Shown here: positions 48,201-57,367 of the stretch, piece after piece
Position numbering within the stretch: the first letter of the stretch is position 1
Layout of the letters: the number at the start of each line of letters is the position of its first letter
From: Bacillota bacterium
GTDB taxonomy: Bacteria; Bacillota; DTU025
Length of the DNA stretch: 64,000 nt
Direction of reading: 5' to 3'
NCBI GenBank assembly: GCA_050951805.1
Contig: JBMNJT010000004.1
Coordinates: 128,001 to 192,000 of the forward strand
Notes under the pieces: generated by a model
Told to the model about the DNA's origin: nothing
The model's input: the letters and a program-made list of their open reading frames with translations, nothing else
Database searches by the model: none
Made by a program: the position numbers and the translations under genes

Positions 48201-51200
48201 GGGGATGGGATATACGTTCCCCAGGTAATCTCGCAAGTTTCAGTGCTGGGCGAGGTGGCGCTGCCAGGGGTGTACCCTGTGGGCCGGGGCGCCACGCTGA
48301 TGGATGTGATAGCCGCTGCAGGCGGGCCCACCCAGCGGGCAGACCTTTCTCAGGTGAGGATGTATGAGGGCGGGGAGGCGGCTTCGGGGGCGATCCTCGA
48401 GGTTGCCGATGATTCCCTGATTTATACCGGGGACATTTGCGACAACCCGAAGGTTGCTGCCGGGAACGTTATCGTTGTGCCGGCAGGCACGATCAGGGTT
48501 CATGTTGCCGGGCATGTGGCCCGTCCGGGCAGCTACGAGCTGCGAAGGGGTGCGGGGGTTCTCGAGGCCATAGTTGCGGCAGGGGGCATCGGTGTGTCTG
48601 CGGACGGTGCCAGGGCTGTTCTTGTGGCCCAATCAGACGGCGAGGTTCGCGCTTTGCAGGTGGACATAGACTCCATTTTGGCGGGGAAAGAGAAGGGCCC
48701 TGTGCTGCTAGATGGAGACTCGATCTTCGTTCCGGAGGCCAGTGCCCAAGTGGTGGTGTTGGGCGAGGTTGCCCGCCCCGGCGCTTACAGGCTCGCCAAC
48801 GGAGCGCGGCTGCTCGATGCCATCGGTGCTGCAGGGGGGCCGTCCACCCGGGCTTCTTTGGAGAAGGTAGTCATCTATTCGGGAGAGGACTTCTCCTTTA
48901 GGTCGGATGTGGCCTTAGGCTCGGGGAAGACGATTGATGCCAAAGACAACCCGGTTCTGGGCTCGAGCGACGTTGTTGTCGTAGGGAGCCGTGCGATTAC
49001 TGTGAGCGTGGCGGGCGGAGTTGCAAGGCCGGGCATATACGAGCTTGCTGCGGGCGCTAAGATCCTTGACGCCATTTCGGCGGCCGGGGGAGTCGCCTCT
49101 TCAGGCGAGGAACGGGCGGTTACCCATGCCCGGGCCCTAGATGGCTCGGCTGTCTCGGGGATCGATCTTGATTCAATAGGCCGGGATCCCATGTGCGAGG
49201 CAAATAGCGTTTTGGCTGATGGGGACGTGATTTACGTGCCTGAGGCTGAGCGGCGCGTGGCGGTGCTCGGCGCTGTGGCGAGGCCCGGGGTCTATGCGGT
49301 TGGCGATGATCCAACGCTTCTTGAAATTCTGGCGGCTTCGGGAGGGCCAGCGCAAGATGCCGATCTTACGCGGGTAAGAGTATACTCTGGTATACCTGGT
49401 TCGTTCGTCGATCTCTCTTTGGCAGACCGTGAACCTGTCTACCTGGGAGATGTGACGGCGAATCCCGCGATCGATGCAGGCTCTGTAGTGGTCGTCCCGA
49501 GCCGTTCTATTCGTGTATATGTTGCGGGGCATGTTGCGCGGCCTGGGCTGGTCGAGCTGATGCAGGGGTCGACTGGGCTTGATGCGATCGCCGCGGCAGG
49601 CGGTGTGAGTGCTCAGGGGGACGGATCCTGTATTGCTCTCGCCCGTAAGGGGGCTGCCATGTCCGAGATAGACATGGAGGCTGTACTTGCGGGAGAGGCG
49701 GACGATGTTCTGCTTGCAGAGGGGGATGCACTCTTCGTGCCTGAGGCCGATCCCGGGCAGGTAGTAGTGCTCGGCGAGGTCGCCCGCCCCGGGGCGTACA
49801 GGTTGCCCCGTGGGGCGAAGCTGCTCGATGCGATAGGGGCTGCGGGCGGAGCGACGGAAAAGGCTCTCCTCGAAAATGTTCGGATTTTTTCAGAAGGAGT
49901 TTCTGAAGGATATTGCAATATATCAATATTAGAAGGCAATTCGATCGAACCATCTCATAATCCCCAGGTTTCCCCCGGTGATGTGATAGTCGTTCCCAGC
50001 GGTGCGGTGAAGGTCAGTCTGATCGGTGCTGTTGCGAGGCCTGGGGTGTACGAGCTCCCGCAAGGATCAAGGATCCTTGATGCCCTGAGCGCTGCGGGAG
50101 GGATCGGGCAGCAGGGTGACGGGACGCAGGTTATCTGTTCTTCGGCGTCTGGGCCCGTGGATGTGATGCGGCTTGTGGCTGCGCCGGGAGCAGAAGCCAA
50201 CAGTCTCCTTTCTTCGGGGGATGTGATCTATGTTCCCGAGGCAAGGCGGCAGGTTGCGGTGCTTGGAGAGGTGGCCAGGCCGGGTGTGTATGCGCTGCCA
50301 TCTGAGGCCACGCTCATGGACGCGCTGGCCGCTGCCGGCGGGCCGTCAAAGCATGCGGCCCTCGATGGGGTGAGGGTGTATGAAGGCTCCGATGTTCGGG
50401 GCGGGGCCAGTCTGGATGTTGCAGATGAGAAGCTCCTCTACTCGGGTGATGTTAAGGCCAATCCGAAGCTAGGGGCGGGGCAGATCGTGGTGGTGCCCTC
50501 CGGCGCCATCAGGGTGCAGGTTGCAGGGAGTGTTGCCCGCCCAGGCGAGGTAGAGCTTGCGAGAGGGGCTACGATTATAGAGGCGGTCACAGCTAGCGGA
50601 GGCGTCAGGCTTGATGGAGACGGTGCTGCGGTTGTGGTGACTCGTCGTGGTGGCGGCGCCAATGTGGTCGATGTGGACGAGGCGATGGCGGGCGGGACGG
50701 AGCCGATGGCCCTTTTGGATGGGGATGTGGTCTACGTTCCGCAGCGGTCCGGGGAGATTGTGGTCCTCGGTGAGGTGGCACGGCCGGGAGGTTACTCGCT
50801 TCCGAAGGGCGCGAAGCTCTTGGATGCCATTGCCGCGGCAGGGGGGCCCACTAGCAAGGCTTCTTTGGAGGATGTGACTGTTTACAAGGGTGGCGTTATT
50901 GTAGAAGGCATCGGTGCTCCTATCGGCGCGGGAAAAGCGCTCTTTTCGGGGAAGGTTACTGAAAATCCCGAGGTGCGCCCCGGGGATGTGGTCCATGTTG
51001 CATCTAGATACATAACTGTCTCGGTTTTCGGACGAGTGGCAAGGCCGGGAACGATGGAGCTTCCCAAAGGGGCACGGGCGCTGGATGCGATCGGAGCTTG
51101 CGGGGGGATCCTTGCAGATGGCGACCATACTCGGATCAGCTTGACGCGGAGCGGGGCCGAAGGCCCGGCCGATGTCATAGACCTTGAGAAGGCTCTTCGC

Positions 51201-52103
51201 GATCCGGGAGGAAGTATGGCGTTATGCGATGGGGATCTGCTCTATGTTCCACAGGCTACGAGGCAGGTTGCGATAATGGGAGAGATACTCCGTCCCGGGG
51301 TCTACAGTTACGTGCCTGATATGACTCTCATGGATGTGCTGGCGATGGCCGGGGGGCCCACCCGTATGGCGGATCTTGAAGGTGTAAGGGTCTACCGGGG
51401 GGAGGATGCCAGTGATGTGCTGACGCTTTCGGTTGCAGATGACCGTCTGAGGTTTGCGGGAGACATCAAGAGTAATCCGAAGGTGCGGCCCGGGGATATT
51501 GTGATGATTCCGTCGGGGGCTATACGTATACAGTTGGCGGGGCACGTGGCCCGCGCAGGTGAGGTCGAGGTCCGCAAGGGCGCAACGGTTCTGGACGCCA
51601 TCTCCGCCGCAGGCGGGATCGGGGCCTCGGGGGACGGGACCCGGGTGGTGGTAACCCGGGCAGGGGCCGAGGCGCGGGAGGTAAATGTGGATGCGCTTCT
51701 TGCCGGGGACGGGGCCGAGGCACCTGAGGTATGCGAGGGTGATGTGATCTTCGTTCCCGAGGCCAACCGGAAGGTTGCGGTTATGGGGAGCGTGCTCAGG
51801 CCGGGGCTGTATGATTTTAAGCCCGGGATGAGGCTTGTGGATGCGCTCGCTATGGCCGGAGGGACTACGGCCGCTGCCAATCTAGGCAAGGTGATGGTCT
51901 ACTCGGGAGATGAGGCGGCATCGATCGCGCTTGGAGGAAGCCCTTCATCAAAGGGGACGTTGATCGACCCTACGAAGGGGAACAACCCTCAGCTCTACTA
52001 CGGGGATATAGTAATAGTCCCGCAGGCGCAGACCGTAAATTGGAGCCAGATTTCTGCGATGCTTACCATCGTTAACCAGCTGATGAACATATTCACGCGG
52101 TAG
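45276..52103 (+). CDS. Giant Wza/OPX-like polysaccharide export protein: Poly_export domain + about 25 SLBB domains + C-terminal amphipathic helix
   Basis: Signal peptide; YLLGSGDAIRISVFG...IGPDG.VFVPLAG.I.VSGKT (PES motif); 25 counted G.V.RPG-type repeats. Confidence 0.88.
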   Translation: MSWGKCASERNKRTLVAAIVCALVVAFGLCGAVPASAGDGGQVGKSSGSAQYLLGSGDAIRISVFGDDQLTVTAQIGPDGLVFVPLAGAIKVSGKTVEQARADIARALSAYIKNPDVTVTIVDYRKVRIVVVGEVIRPGMYEAPDGSGALTAIALSGGLTELADVDGIVAVDGGTHPVDYSGIVAGSAADVALSDGAVVHVPRAVRQILVLGDVARPGSYGAPRGGSMRLLDAVAAAGGVSGDARRAQVVWSGTRDGAQESFAVSFGALIDAPGSESNILLASGDVIFVSEAPEQASVIGEVARPGVYPISADTTLLDLLAMAGGPSVRADLGNVRVYAGGSPADGASFELADGDLAFAGDVKANPKVASGAVVVVPSSVLRVQVAGYVGRPGQVELEREATAVDAIVAAGGIREDGDGSKVVLTRRSDGASAVREIDIEGILGGQVAQTDAPSLSDGDVLFVPQAVQRLTVLGEVARPGVYPVERGATLMDVIAAAGGPTEKADMGAVRVYDGGNAAEAQTLELADDRLIFEGSIKSNPPARAGQVVVVPSMAIRVLATGHVMRPGSVELRRGATVLDVIAEAGGIRDGGDGTRVVLTRAGGEGFVEIDVEGILEGRPGAGPAPVLCDGDGIYVPQVISQVSVLGEVARPGTYQVGADTTLLDLLAMAGGPSVRADLGNVRVYAGGSPADGASFELADGDLAFAGDVKANPKVASGAVVVVPSSVLRVQVAGYVGRPGQVELERGATAVDAIVAAGGIREDGDGSKVVLTRRSDGASAVREIDIEGILDGKVAQTDAPSLSDGDVLFVPQAVQRLTVLGEVARPGVYPVERGATLMDVIAAAGGPTEKADMGAVRVYDGGNAAEAQTLELADDRLIFEGSIKSNPPARAGQVVVVPSMSIRVLATGHVMRPGSVELRRGATVLDVIAEAGGIRDGGDGTRVVLTRAGGEGFVEIDVEGISEGRPGAGPAPVICEGDGIYVPQVISQVSVLGEVALPGVYPVGRGATLMDVIAAAGGPTQRADLSQVRMYEGGEAASGAILEVADDSLIYTGDICDNPKVAAGNVIVVPAGTIRVHVAGHVARPGSYELRRGAGVLEAIVAAGGIGVSADGARAVLVAQSDGEVRALQVDIDSILAGKEKGPVLLDGDSIFVPEASAQVVVLGEVARPGAYRLANGARLLDAIGAAGGPSTRASLEKVVIYSGEDFSFRSDVALGSGKTIDAKDNPVLGSSDVVVVGSRAITVSVAGGVARPGIYELAAGAKILDAISAAGGVASSGEERAVTHARALDGSAVSGIDLDSIGRDPMCEANSVLADGDVIYVPEAERRVAVLGAVARPGVYAVGDDPTLLEILAASGGPAQDADLTRVRVYSGIPGSFVDLSLADREPVYLGDVTANPAIDAGSVVVVPSRSIRVYVAGHVARPGLVELMQGSTGLDAIAAAGGVSAQGDGSCIALARKGAAMSEIDMEAVLAGEADDVLLAEGDALFVPEADPGQVVVLGEVARPGAYRLPRGAKLLDAIGAAGGATEKALLENVRIFSEGVSEGYCNISILEGNSIEPSHNPQVSPGDVIVVPSGAVKVSLIGAVARPGVYELPQGSRILDALSAAGGIGQQGDGTQVICSSASGPVDVMRLVAAPGAEANSLLSSGDVIYVPEARRQVAVLGEVARPGVYALPSEATLMDALAAAGGPSKHAALDGVRVYEGSDVRGGASLDVADEKLLYSGDVKANPKLGAGQIVVVPSGAIRVQVAGSVARPGEVELARGATIIEAVTASGGVRLDGDGAAVVVTRRGGGANVVDVDEAMAGGTEPMALLDGDVVYVPQRSGEIVVLGEVARPGGYSLPKGAKLLDAIAAAGGPTSKASLEDVTVYKGGVIVEGIGAPIGAGKALFSGKVTENPEVRPGDVVHVASRYITVSVFGRVARPGTMELPKGARALDAIGACGGILADGDHTRISLTRSGAEGPADVIDLEKALRDPGGSMALCDGDLLYVPQATRQVAIMGEILRPGVYSYVPDMTLMDVLAMAGGPTRMADLEGVRVYRGEDASDVLTLSVADDRLRFAGDIKSNPKVRPGDIVMIPSGAIRIQLAGHVARAGEVEVRKGATVLDAISAAGGIGASGDGTRVVVTRAGAEAREVNVDALLAGDGAEAPEVCEGDVIFVPEANRKVAVMGSVLRPGLYDFKPGMRLVDALAMAGGTTAAANLGKVMVYSGDEAASIALGGSPSSKGTLIDPTKGNNPQLYYGDIVIVPQAQTVNWSQISAMLTIVNQLMNIFTR
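46209..48260 (+). repeat. Near-identical tandem duplication, period 1038 bp (346 aa, four SLBB domains)
   Basis: 46209-47222 matches 47247-48260 with only scattered substitutions. Confidence 0.9.
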
Positions 52104-52115
52104 GGAGGACGACCG

Positions 52116-53591
52116 GTGTACGAGGAAGAGATAAGTCTTCAAGAGTTGTGGCAGACGCTGATGAAACGAAAATGGCTCATAATCGGTATCACCGTGTGCG
52201 CCATGGTCGTCGCTTACTTCGCCAGCCGCGCGATGACGCCCATATACGAGGCGGAAACGACTTTTATGGTGAAGACGAAGGGTTCGGGGCTGGCCCTGCC
52301 CTTTGATGATATGGGGCTCATGGGTTCCACTCAGAATATCGGCAGGAACTATGTGCAGGTATTGAAGAGCAGGACGATTATGGAGAAGGCCCTTGAGAAG
52401 CTGGGGAAGGTTCCGGGGGTGGATTGTCCTGACTTGGATTCTCTTGAAAAGGCGGTTTCGGCTCAGCTCATAGCCCAAACTGACGCCATAACCATCAAAG
52501 TTCAGCTTCCTGACAGGGAGTTTGCGCGGGATCTTGCGGATGCTCTTGTTGATGTGCTGATGGAGCACAACAAGGAGATGAACAGTGCTGCTACGCGGAC
52601 TGCCAGGGAATACCTTGAGGAGCAGCTTGAGGTCTCCAATGCGCAGCTGAGGCAGGCCGAGGAGAGCATGCTTGCCTTAAAGTCGGGGCGGAAGATTGTG
52701 GAGCCCTCTTTGGAGGCGCAGGCGCAGATCAAGAGGATTGCGGATCTTCAGGCCGAAAGGGCCAGCGCAGATGTGGCCTTAGGCGAGCTTCAGGCTAAGG
52801 TGGGGAAGATCCGGGAGCAGCTCGCAGGAATCAGTGATACGGTGGTTTCTTCTGAAACTGTGGTGGAGGATCCTGTGGTGGCGCAGTACCGCAGGAAACT
52901 TGCTGAGCTCGAAGTGGCGCTTGCCACGGCGAAGGAGAAGTATACTGATCAGCACCCTGAGGTGCAGCGGCTCACAGCTGAAATCGCCGAGGTGAAGGCG
53001 AACTTGAACTCTGCGGTTGCCCGTGTGGTGGGGACTCAGACTGAGACTCCGAATCCTATGAGGCAGGGATTGCTTGGGCAGATAGTTGAGGCGGAGAGTA
53101 AGATGGCGGCCCTGAGGGCGCAATCGGACGCGTTGGGACGGATTATCGCCATTGAGGAGGAAAGGCTCTCCAAGCTACCTGAGAAGGAATTGGATCTTGC
53201 GAGGGTGACTCGGGATCTCGAGGTTGCCCAGCAGATATACATTATGCTTCGGACTAAGTACGAAGAGATGCGTGTTACGGAACAGATGCAGATATCTGAT
53301 ATTTGGAGAATCGATCCGGCGGCTTTGCCGAAGGTGCCCGTGAAGCCGAGGAAGACGTTGAATACGGCGATCGCGGGGATCCTCGGGGTTTTTGTGGGTG
53401 TTGCAGCTGCTTTCATTGTTGAAGGCACCGATGTTTCGCTGAAGTCGGCGGAAGAGGTGGAGGCGGTTTTGGGGCTTCCTGTATTGGCGACCATACCGAT
53501 ACATGTGGGGCCTTTGGCTGATAACAACTATAATTCTTACTACTATTCACGCTCTAATCACGGTACGAAACGATCAAAGGAAGACAAGTAA
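52116..53591 (+). CDS. Polysaccharide co-polymerase (Wzc N-terminal/GumC-like)
   Basis: EEISLQELW..L.KRKWLI, TPIYEA, long coiled coil with YTDQHPEV, PVKP-TM, and EEVE.VLGLPVLATIP. Confidence 0.9.
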   Translation: MYEEEISLQELWQTLMKRKWLIIGITVCAMVVAYFASRAMTPIYEAETTFMVKTKGSGLALPFDDMGLMGSTQNIGRNYVQVLKSRTIMEKALEKLGKVPGVDCPDLDSLEKAVSAQLIAQTDAITIKVQLPDREFARDLADALVDVLMEHNKEMNSAATRTAREYLEEQLEVSNAQLRQAEESMLALKSGRKIVEPSLEAQAQIKRIADLQAERASADVALGELQAKVGKIREQLAGISDTVVSSETVVEDPVVAQYRRKLAELEVALATAKEKYTDQHPEVQRLTAEIAEVKANLNSAVARVVGTQTETPNPMRQGLLGQIVEAESKMAALRAQSDALGRIIAIEEERLSKLPEKELDLARVTRDLEVAQQIYIMLRTKYEEMRVTEQMQISDIWRIDPAALPKVPVKPRKTLNTAIAGILGVFVGVAAAFIVEGTDVSLKSAEEVEAVLGLPVLATIPIHVGPLADNNYNSYYYSRSNHGTKRSKEDK

Positions 53592-53801
53592 AGCCGGAAT
53601 CTGCTTACTGGACGAGCATGGTTGCCGTTTGCAGGCTGTGGCAGTAACTTGCGCTCCGTTGCCTGACGCTTATCCCGGCAAGGTTCGGGTTGCCTGAACT
53701 TTGCGGCAGAAACTGACTTATGACGTGCTTGATGGGCTTTTGGGGATGGGCATTGTTAAGTTTCAGGCAGCGGGGCTTTGTCATCGAAAGGACGTGTCGG
53801 C

Positions 53802-55739
53802 GTGAAAAACGTACAGCAGAGAATAGCTAAGGCCCTGTTTGTTCTCCTTGATGGGGCGTTCATGGTCGGCGCGGACCTGTTGGGGCTCGCGGTGAGGTTT
53901 GAGATGTCTATTCCCGTGGAAAGCCTCACAGCGTGCGTTAGGAGCTGGCCTGTTACTGTTCCCCTGAGGCTTGCCGTGCTGGGGCTTTTCGGGATGTACC
54001 AGAGGCTGTGGAGATACGCGAGTGTGCGGGATCTCGGGGCGGTGGCTGCGAGTGTGAGTTTGGGGTATCTGGGCGTGTTGACGCTGGCAAGTCTGGTGCC
54101 GCAGATGGCGTGGTCGCGTGGGGCGATGCTCGTGTCGTACCTGCTGGCCGTCTGTTTTGTGGGGCTGAGCAGGTTCTATTTGAGGATCAAGGTGGAGCTC
54201 GCCAGGACGTTTAGGCGGCCTGGGGCAAGGGGGGCCGATGCTTCCGGGAAGGCAACCCAAGTGGCCAAAGTCCTCATCGCCGGCGCGGGGTCGGCAGGGG
54301 TGATGGTAGCCAAGGAGCTTGCGGCCCATCCCGAGATGGGCAGGGTTGCTGTGGGGTACGTAGACGACGATCCGGCAAAGGCAGGCGGGATGGTTTTGGG
54401 CCTCCCGGTGCTCGGTTTTGGGCGAGATATCCCGAGGATAGTCGAGGAGCGGCAGGTTGATGAGGTGATTATCGCTATGCCTTCTGCCGGTGGACAAGCT
54501 ATCCGGGATGTTGTTGCCACATGCAGGCAGCTTGGTGTGAAGATTCAGACTCTTCCGGGGGTATATGAGATTGTGGACGGGAAGGTCAGCCTGAAGCAGC
54601 TTCGGGATATTCAGATAGAAGACCTCTTAGGGCGGCCGCCTGTGTATATGGATATGGCGAGGATCGGGGAGTATCTTCATGGCCGGAAGGTCCTGATTAC
54701 CGGGGCGGGAGGCTCCATAGGGTCAGAGATATGCAGGCAGGTGGCTCTCTTTAAGCCGAAGTGCATAGTGCTTTTGGGGCATGGAGAAAACAGCATCTTT
54801 GAGATACAAAATGATCTTGCGATGCGGTTTCCGATACTCGAAACCCATGCCGTTATTGCGGATGTGCGGGATGCGCGCAGGATAGATAAGGTTTTCGATT
54901 GGTACAGGCCTGATGTGGTGTTTCATGCCGCGGCCCACAAACATGTTCCGCTGATGGAGGCCAACCCCGAGGAGGCTCTTACGAACAACGTGTTCGGCAC
55001 GCGCAATGTGGCGCAGGCTGCCGACAAGTACAATGCCAAGCGGTTCGTGATGATATCGAGCGACAAGGCTGTAAACCCTGTGAGCATCATGGGAATGAGT
55101 AAGCGCATAGCTGAGATGGTGGTGCAGGCTGTAGGGGCTGAAAGCGGTACGAAGTTTATGGCTGTGAGGTTTGGGAATGTACTTGGGAGCCGCGGAAGTG
55201 TGGTTCCGCTCTTCCGCAAGCAGATAGCTGAAGGCGGGCCTGTTACTGTGACTCACCCCGACATGACGAGGTATTTTATGACTATACCCGAGGCTGTGCA
55301 GCTTGTGATACAGGCAGGCGCCATGGGCGAGGGCGGAGAGGTATTCGTGCTCGACATGGGGGAGCCGCTGAAGATCGTGGACCTGGCGGAGGAGATCATC
55401 AGGCTTTCGGGGTACACGCCAGGTAGGGATATTGAGATTGTTTATACGGGGATAAGGCCTGGGGAGAAGCTATATGAGGAGATACTGACCTCGGAAGAGG
55501 CTGCGATGGCCACAAAGCACAAGAAGATATTCGTATCGAAGGAGGCTCAGCCTGATCCTGAGATGCTCCTCGGGACGATCTCTGTGATAGAGGATACATA
55601 CAGGGCCATGGGCCAGCAGGAGATTGCCCAGAAGCTGGAGGAGCTGGTTCGAAAGGAGTGGCCAGACGTTGCTACGGTGGGGCGGGAGGAGATGCTCAGG
55701 GCGAGGGCGGAGGCTGCGGTGGGAGCAGCGGGGCACTGA
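53802..55739 (+). CDS. Membrane-bound UDP-GlcNAc 4,6-dehydratase (CapD/PglF/WbpM family)
   Basis: N-terminal TMs, IEDLLGR, ITGAGGSIGSE, HAAAHKHVP, RFGNVLGSRGSV and RPGEKLYEE; start uncertain (53778 or 53802). Confidence 0.92.
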   Translation: MKNVQQRIAKALFVLLDGAFMVGADLLGLAVRFEMSIPVESLTACVRSWPVTVPLRLAVLGLFGMYQRLWRYASVRDLGAVAASVSLGYLGVLTLASLVPQMAWSRGAMLVSYLLAVCFVGLSRFYLRIKVELARTFRRPGARGADASGKATQVAKVLIAGAGSAGVMVAKELAAHPEMGRVAVGYVDDDPAKAGGMVLGLPVLGFGRDIPRIVEERQVDEVIIAMPSAGGQAIRDVVATCRQLGVKIQTLPGVYEIVDGKVSLKQLRDIQIEDLLGRPPVYMDMARIGEYLHGRKVLITGAGGSIGSEICRQVALFKPKCIVLLGHGENSIFEIQNDLAMRFPILETHAVIADVRDARRIDKVFDWYRPDVVFHAAAHKHVPLMEANPEEALTNNVFGTRNVAQAADKYNAKRFVMISSDKAVNPVSIMGMSKRIAEMVVQAVGAESGTKFMAVRFGNVLGSRGSVVPLFRKQIAEGGPVTVTHPDMTRYFMTIPEAVQLVIQAGAMGEGGEVFVLDMGEPLKIVDLAEEIIRLSGYTPGRDIEIVYTGIRPGEKLYEEILTSEEAAMATKHKKIFVSKEAQPDPEMLLGTISVIEDTYRAMGQQEIAQKLEELVRKEWPDVATVGREEMLRARAEAAVGAAGH

Positions 55740-55779
55740 GAGGGGCAAAAGATTTGCAGGATTGCGGGGTAGGGTGTAA

Positions 55780-55914
55780 GTGAAGCCTGTGAGGTTCGGG
55801 TTGATAGGGTGCGGGCGGGTTGCGCGTTATCATGCGCAGGCGCTGACGGAGATAGAGAGCTCGAATCCTGTTTTGATTTGTGACATGTTGCAGGAGTGGG
55901 CAGAGAAGTTGTGA
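55780..55914 (+). pseudogene. N-terminal stub of a Gfo/Idh/MocA oxidoreductase
   Basis: MKPVRFGLIGCGRVARYHAQAL...ICD...AEKL* is a Rossmann start truncated at the composition shift. Confidence 0.7.
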
Positions 55915-56046
55915 TAGCTGAACTGGGAGCAAGAATCTGCGATTAGGATTAGACTTAGATAGTTCTGTATGATGCTGCCGTTAGCTTGGAATCCCATGCC
56001 ACACATAAAATGATAGCCTTGTTTGCGTAGGCAGGAGGCGCTATGC

Positions 56047-57030
56047 ATGATTGTTCGTCGGGCAACACACAACGATGTAGGTGCTATTGTTAACCTTGTT
56101 AATGAAGTCTTCGGCTTGAACAGAGACCTTGAATGGTTCACGCATTTTCACTTAAAGAATCCTAATGGGAAGTCTATATTGTGGGTTGCACAGGATGATA
56201 ATGGCGATATTGTTTCATACAGGTCGATTGTGCGGTTTAAGGCTTATTATCTGGATCACATGATTCAGGGTGGACAACTTGCTGATGCTTGTACAAGGCC
56301 CGACTGTCGTGGCAGGGGAATATACAGTAGAGTGAATGCGGAAGCCTTGAAGGATTTCTTTACGTCAGGCGGAGAAATGGCGTACTCTTTTCCAAGCCCG
56401 AGTAATTATCGAATTCTTGTTGGTAGATTTGGGTTTCAGAGCGTAGCGGATTTTAGGCAAGGTTTCTGTCCCCTGAGCAGTTATCCGGCGTCAGGTATTT
56501 TTCAGAAGTTGGCGAAGCAGGCGCATAGAGCTGTGTTCCTAAAGCGTATGCAGGTTGATCCTGGCGTTACTATGGTTTCAGCCGCAGAAGTAATGGATGG
56601 CTTAGCATTTTCGACTGGTGAGGGGAGCAGGCTGACGTTCGATCGAAGCCGAGATTTTCTAAGGTGGCGCACTTCTATACCAGGCCGACGGTATTGGATT
56701 GCCCTCATTGACGGCCACAACTACTCGATAGTAGGAGAGGCAGATCGGCGAGGATTGAGCGTGTGCACGGTAATGGCCATGAGAAGTACGCACAAGTCCG
56801 CCAAGAGTAGCCTGCTAGCTGGCATCCAAAGATGGGCAGATGAAAGGGAGTATGACGGGGTTTATTCTTGGCTAAGTCATGATTGGTCTACATACGTTAG
56901 GGCTGGTTTTGTTCCTGCACCTAGTCAGACGCACCTAGTCGTACGCTTCAATGATGGGTTCCCACTTCGTCAGAGGCTGGGCCGACGCGAAGAATGGGAT
57001 CTGGTGCTGCTAGATACTGATGCATACTAG
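56047..57030 (+). CDS. GNAT-family N-acetyltransferase
   Basis: MIVRRAT..D, DACTRPDCRGRGIY acetyl-CoA motif A and YSFP; AGGAGG RBS. Confidence 0.8.
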   Translation: MIVRRATHNDVGAIVNLVNEVFGLNRDLEWFTHFHLKNPNGKSILWVAQDDNGDIVSYRSIVRFKAYYLDHMIQGGQLADACTRPDCRGRGIYSRVNAEALKDFFTSGGEMAYSFPSPSNYRILVGRFGFQSVADFRQGFCPLSSYPASGIFQKLAKQAHRAVFLKRMQVDPGVTMVSAAEVMDGLAFSTGEGSRLTFDRSRDFLRWRTSIPGRRYWIALIDGHNYSIVGEADRRGLSVCTVMAMRSTHKSAKSSLLAGIQRWADEREYDGVYSWLSHDWSTYVRAGFVPAPSQTHLVVRFNDGFPLRQRLGRREEWDLVLLDTDAY

Positions 57031-57367
57031 AAACATGGCTGATCTTCCAGTAGACGGAGGGTGCCTGGCAGAGCTCGTTCCAATTGGAGGGGAGTCGTGA
57101 AGGACAAACGATTGCCTAGCGGCATAGCCCTGCGCTAGTTGATGATTGCATGCATTTCGTGTGCCTTATCTAGTTGGATTGAGCATGCACTATACATACG
57201 GTGGATTCCGCTGTGAAGCTCGGGTAGCATTCCTTTTATGAGAGCGACGTGTTTTGTCTAGTTGGAGACAGTGCGTTGAGCTGACGGTAATGGGCTGTTG
57301 TTGATTGCCACTATATTTCTGCGAAGGATCAATGCAGATGGCGTATGAGAAAGGTGAGGCATTTGAA

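Noticed and set aside
45855-51889. Long antisense ORFs within the SLBB gene (and similar ones in the ABC, MCP and metH genes)
   Set aside because: These are expected shadows of GC-rich coding sequence, with no RBS or recognisable motifs.
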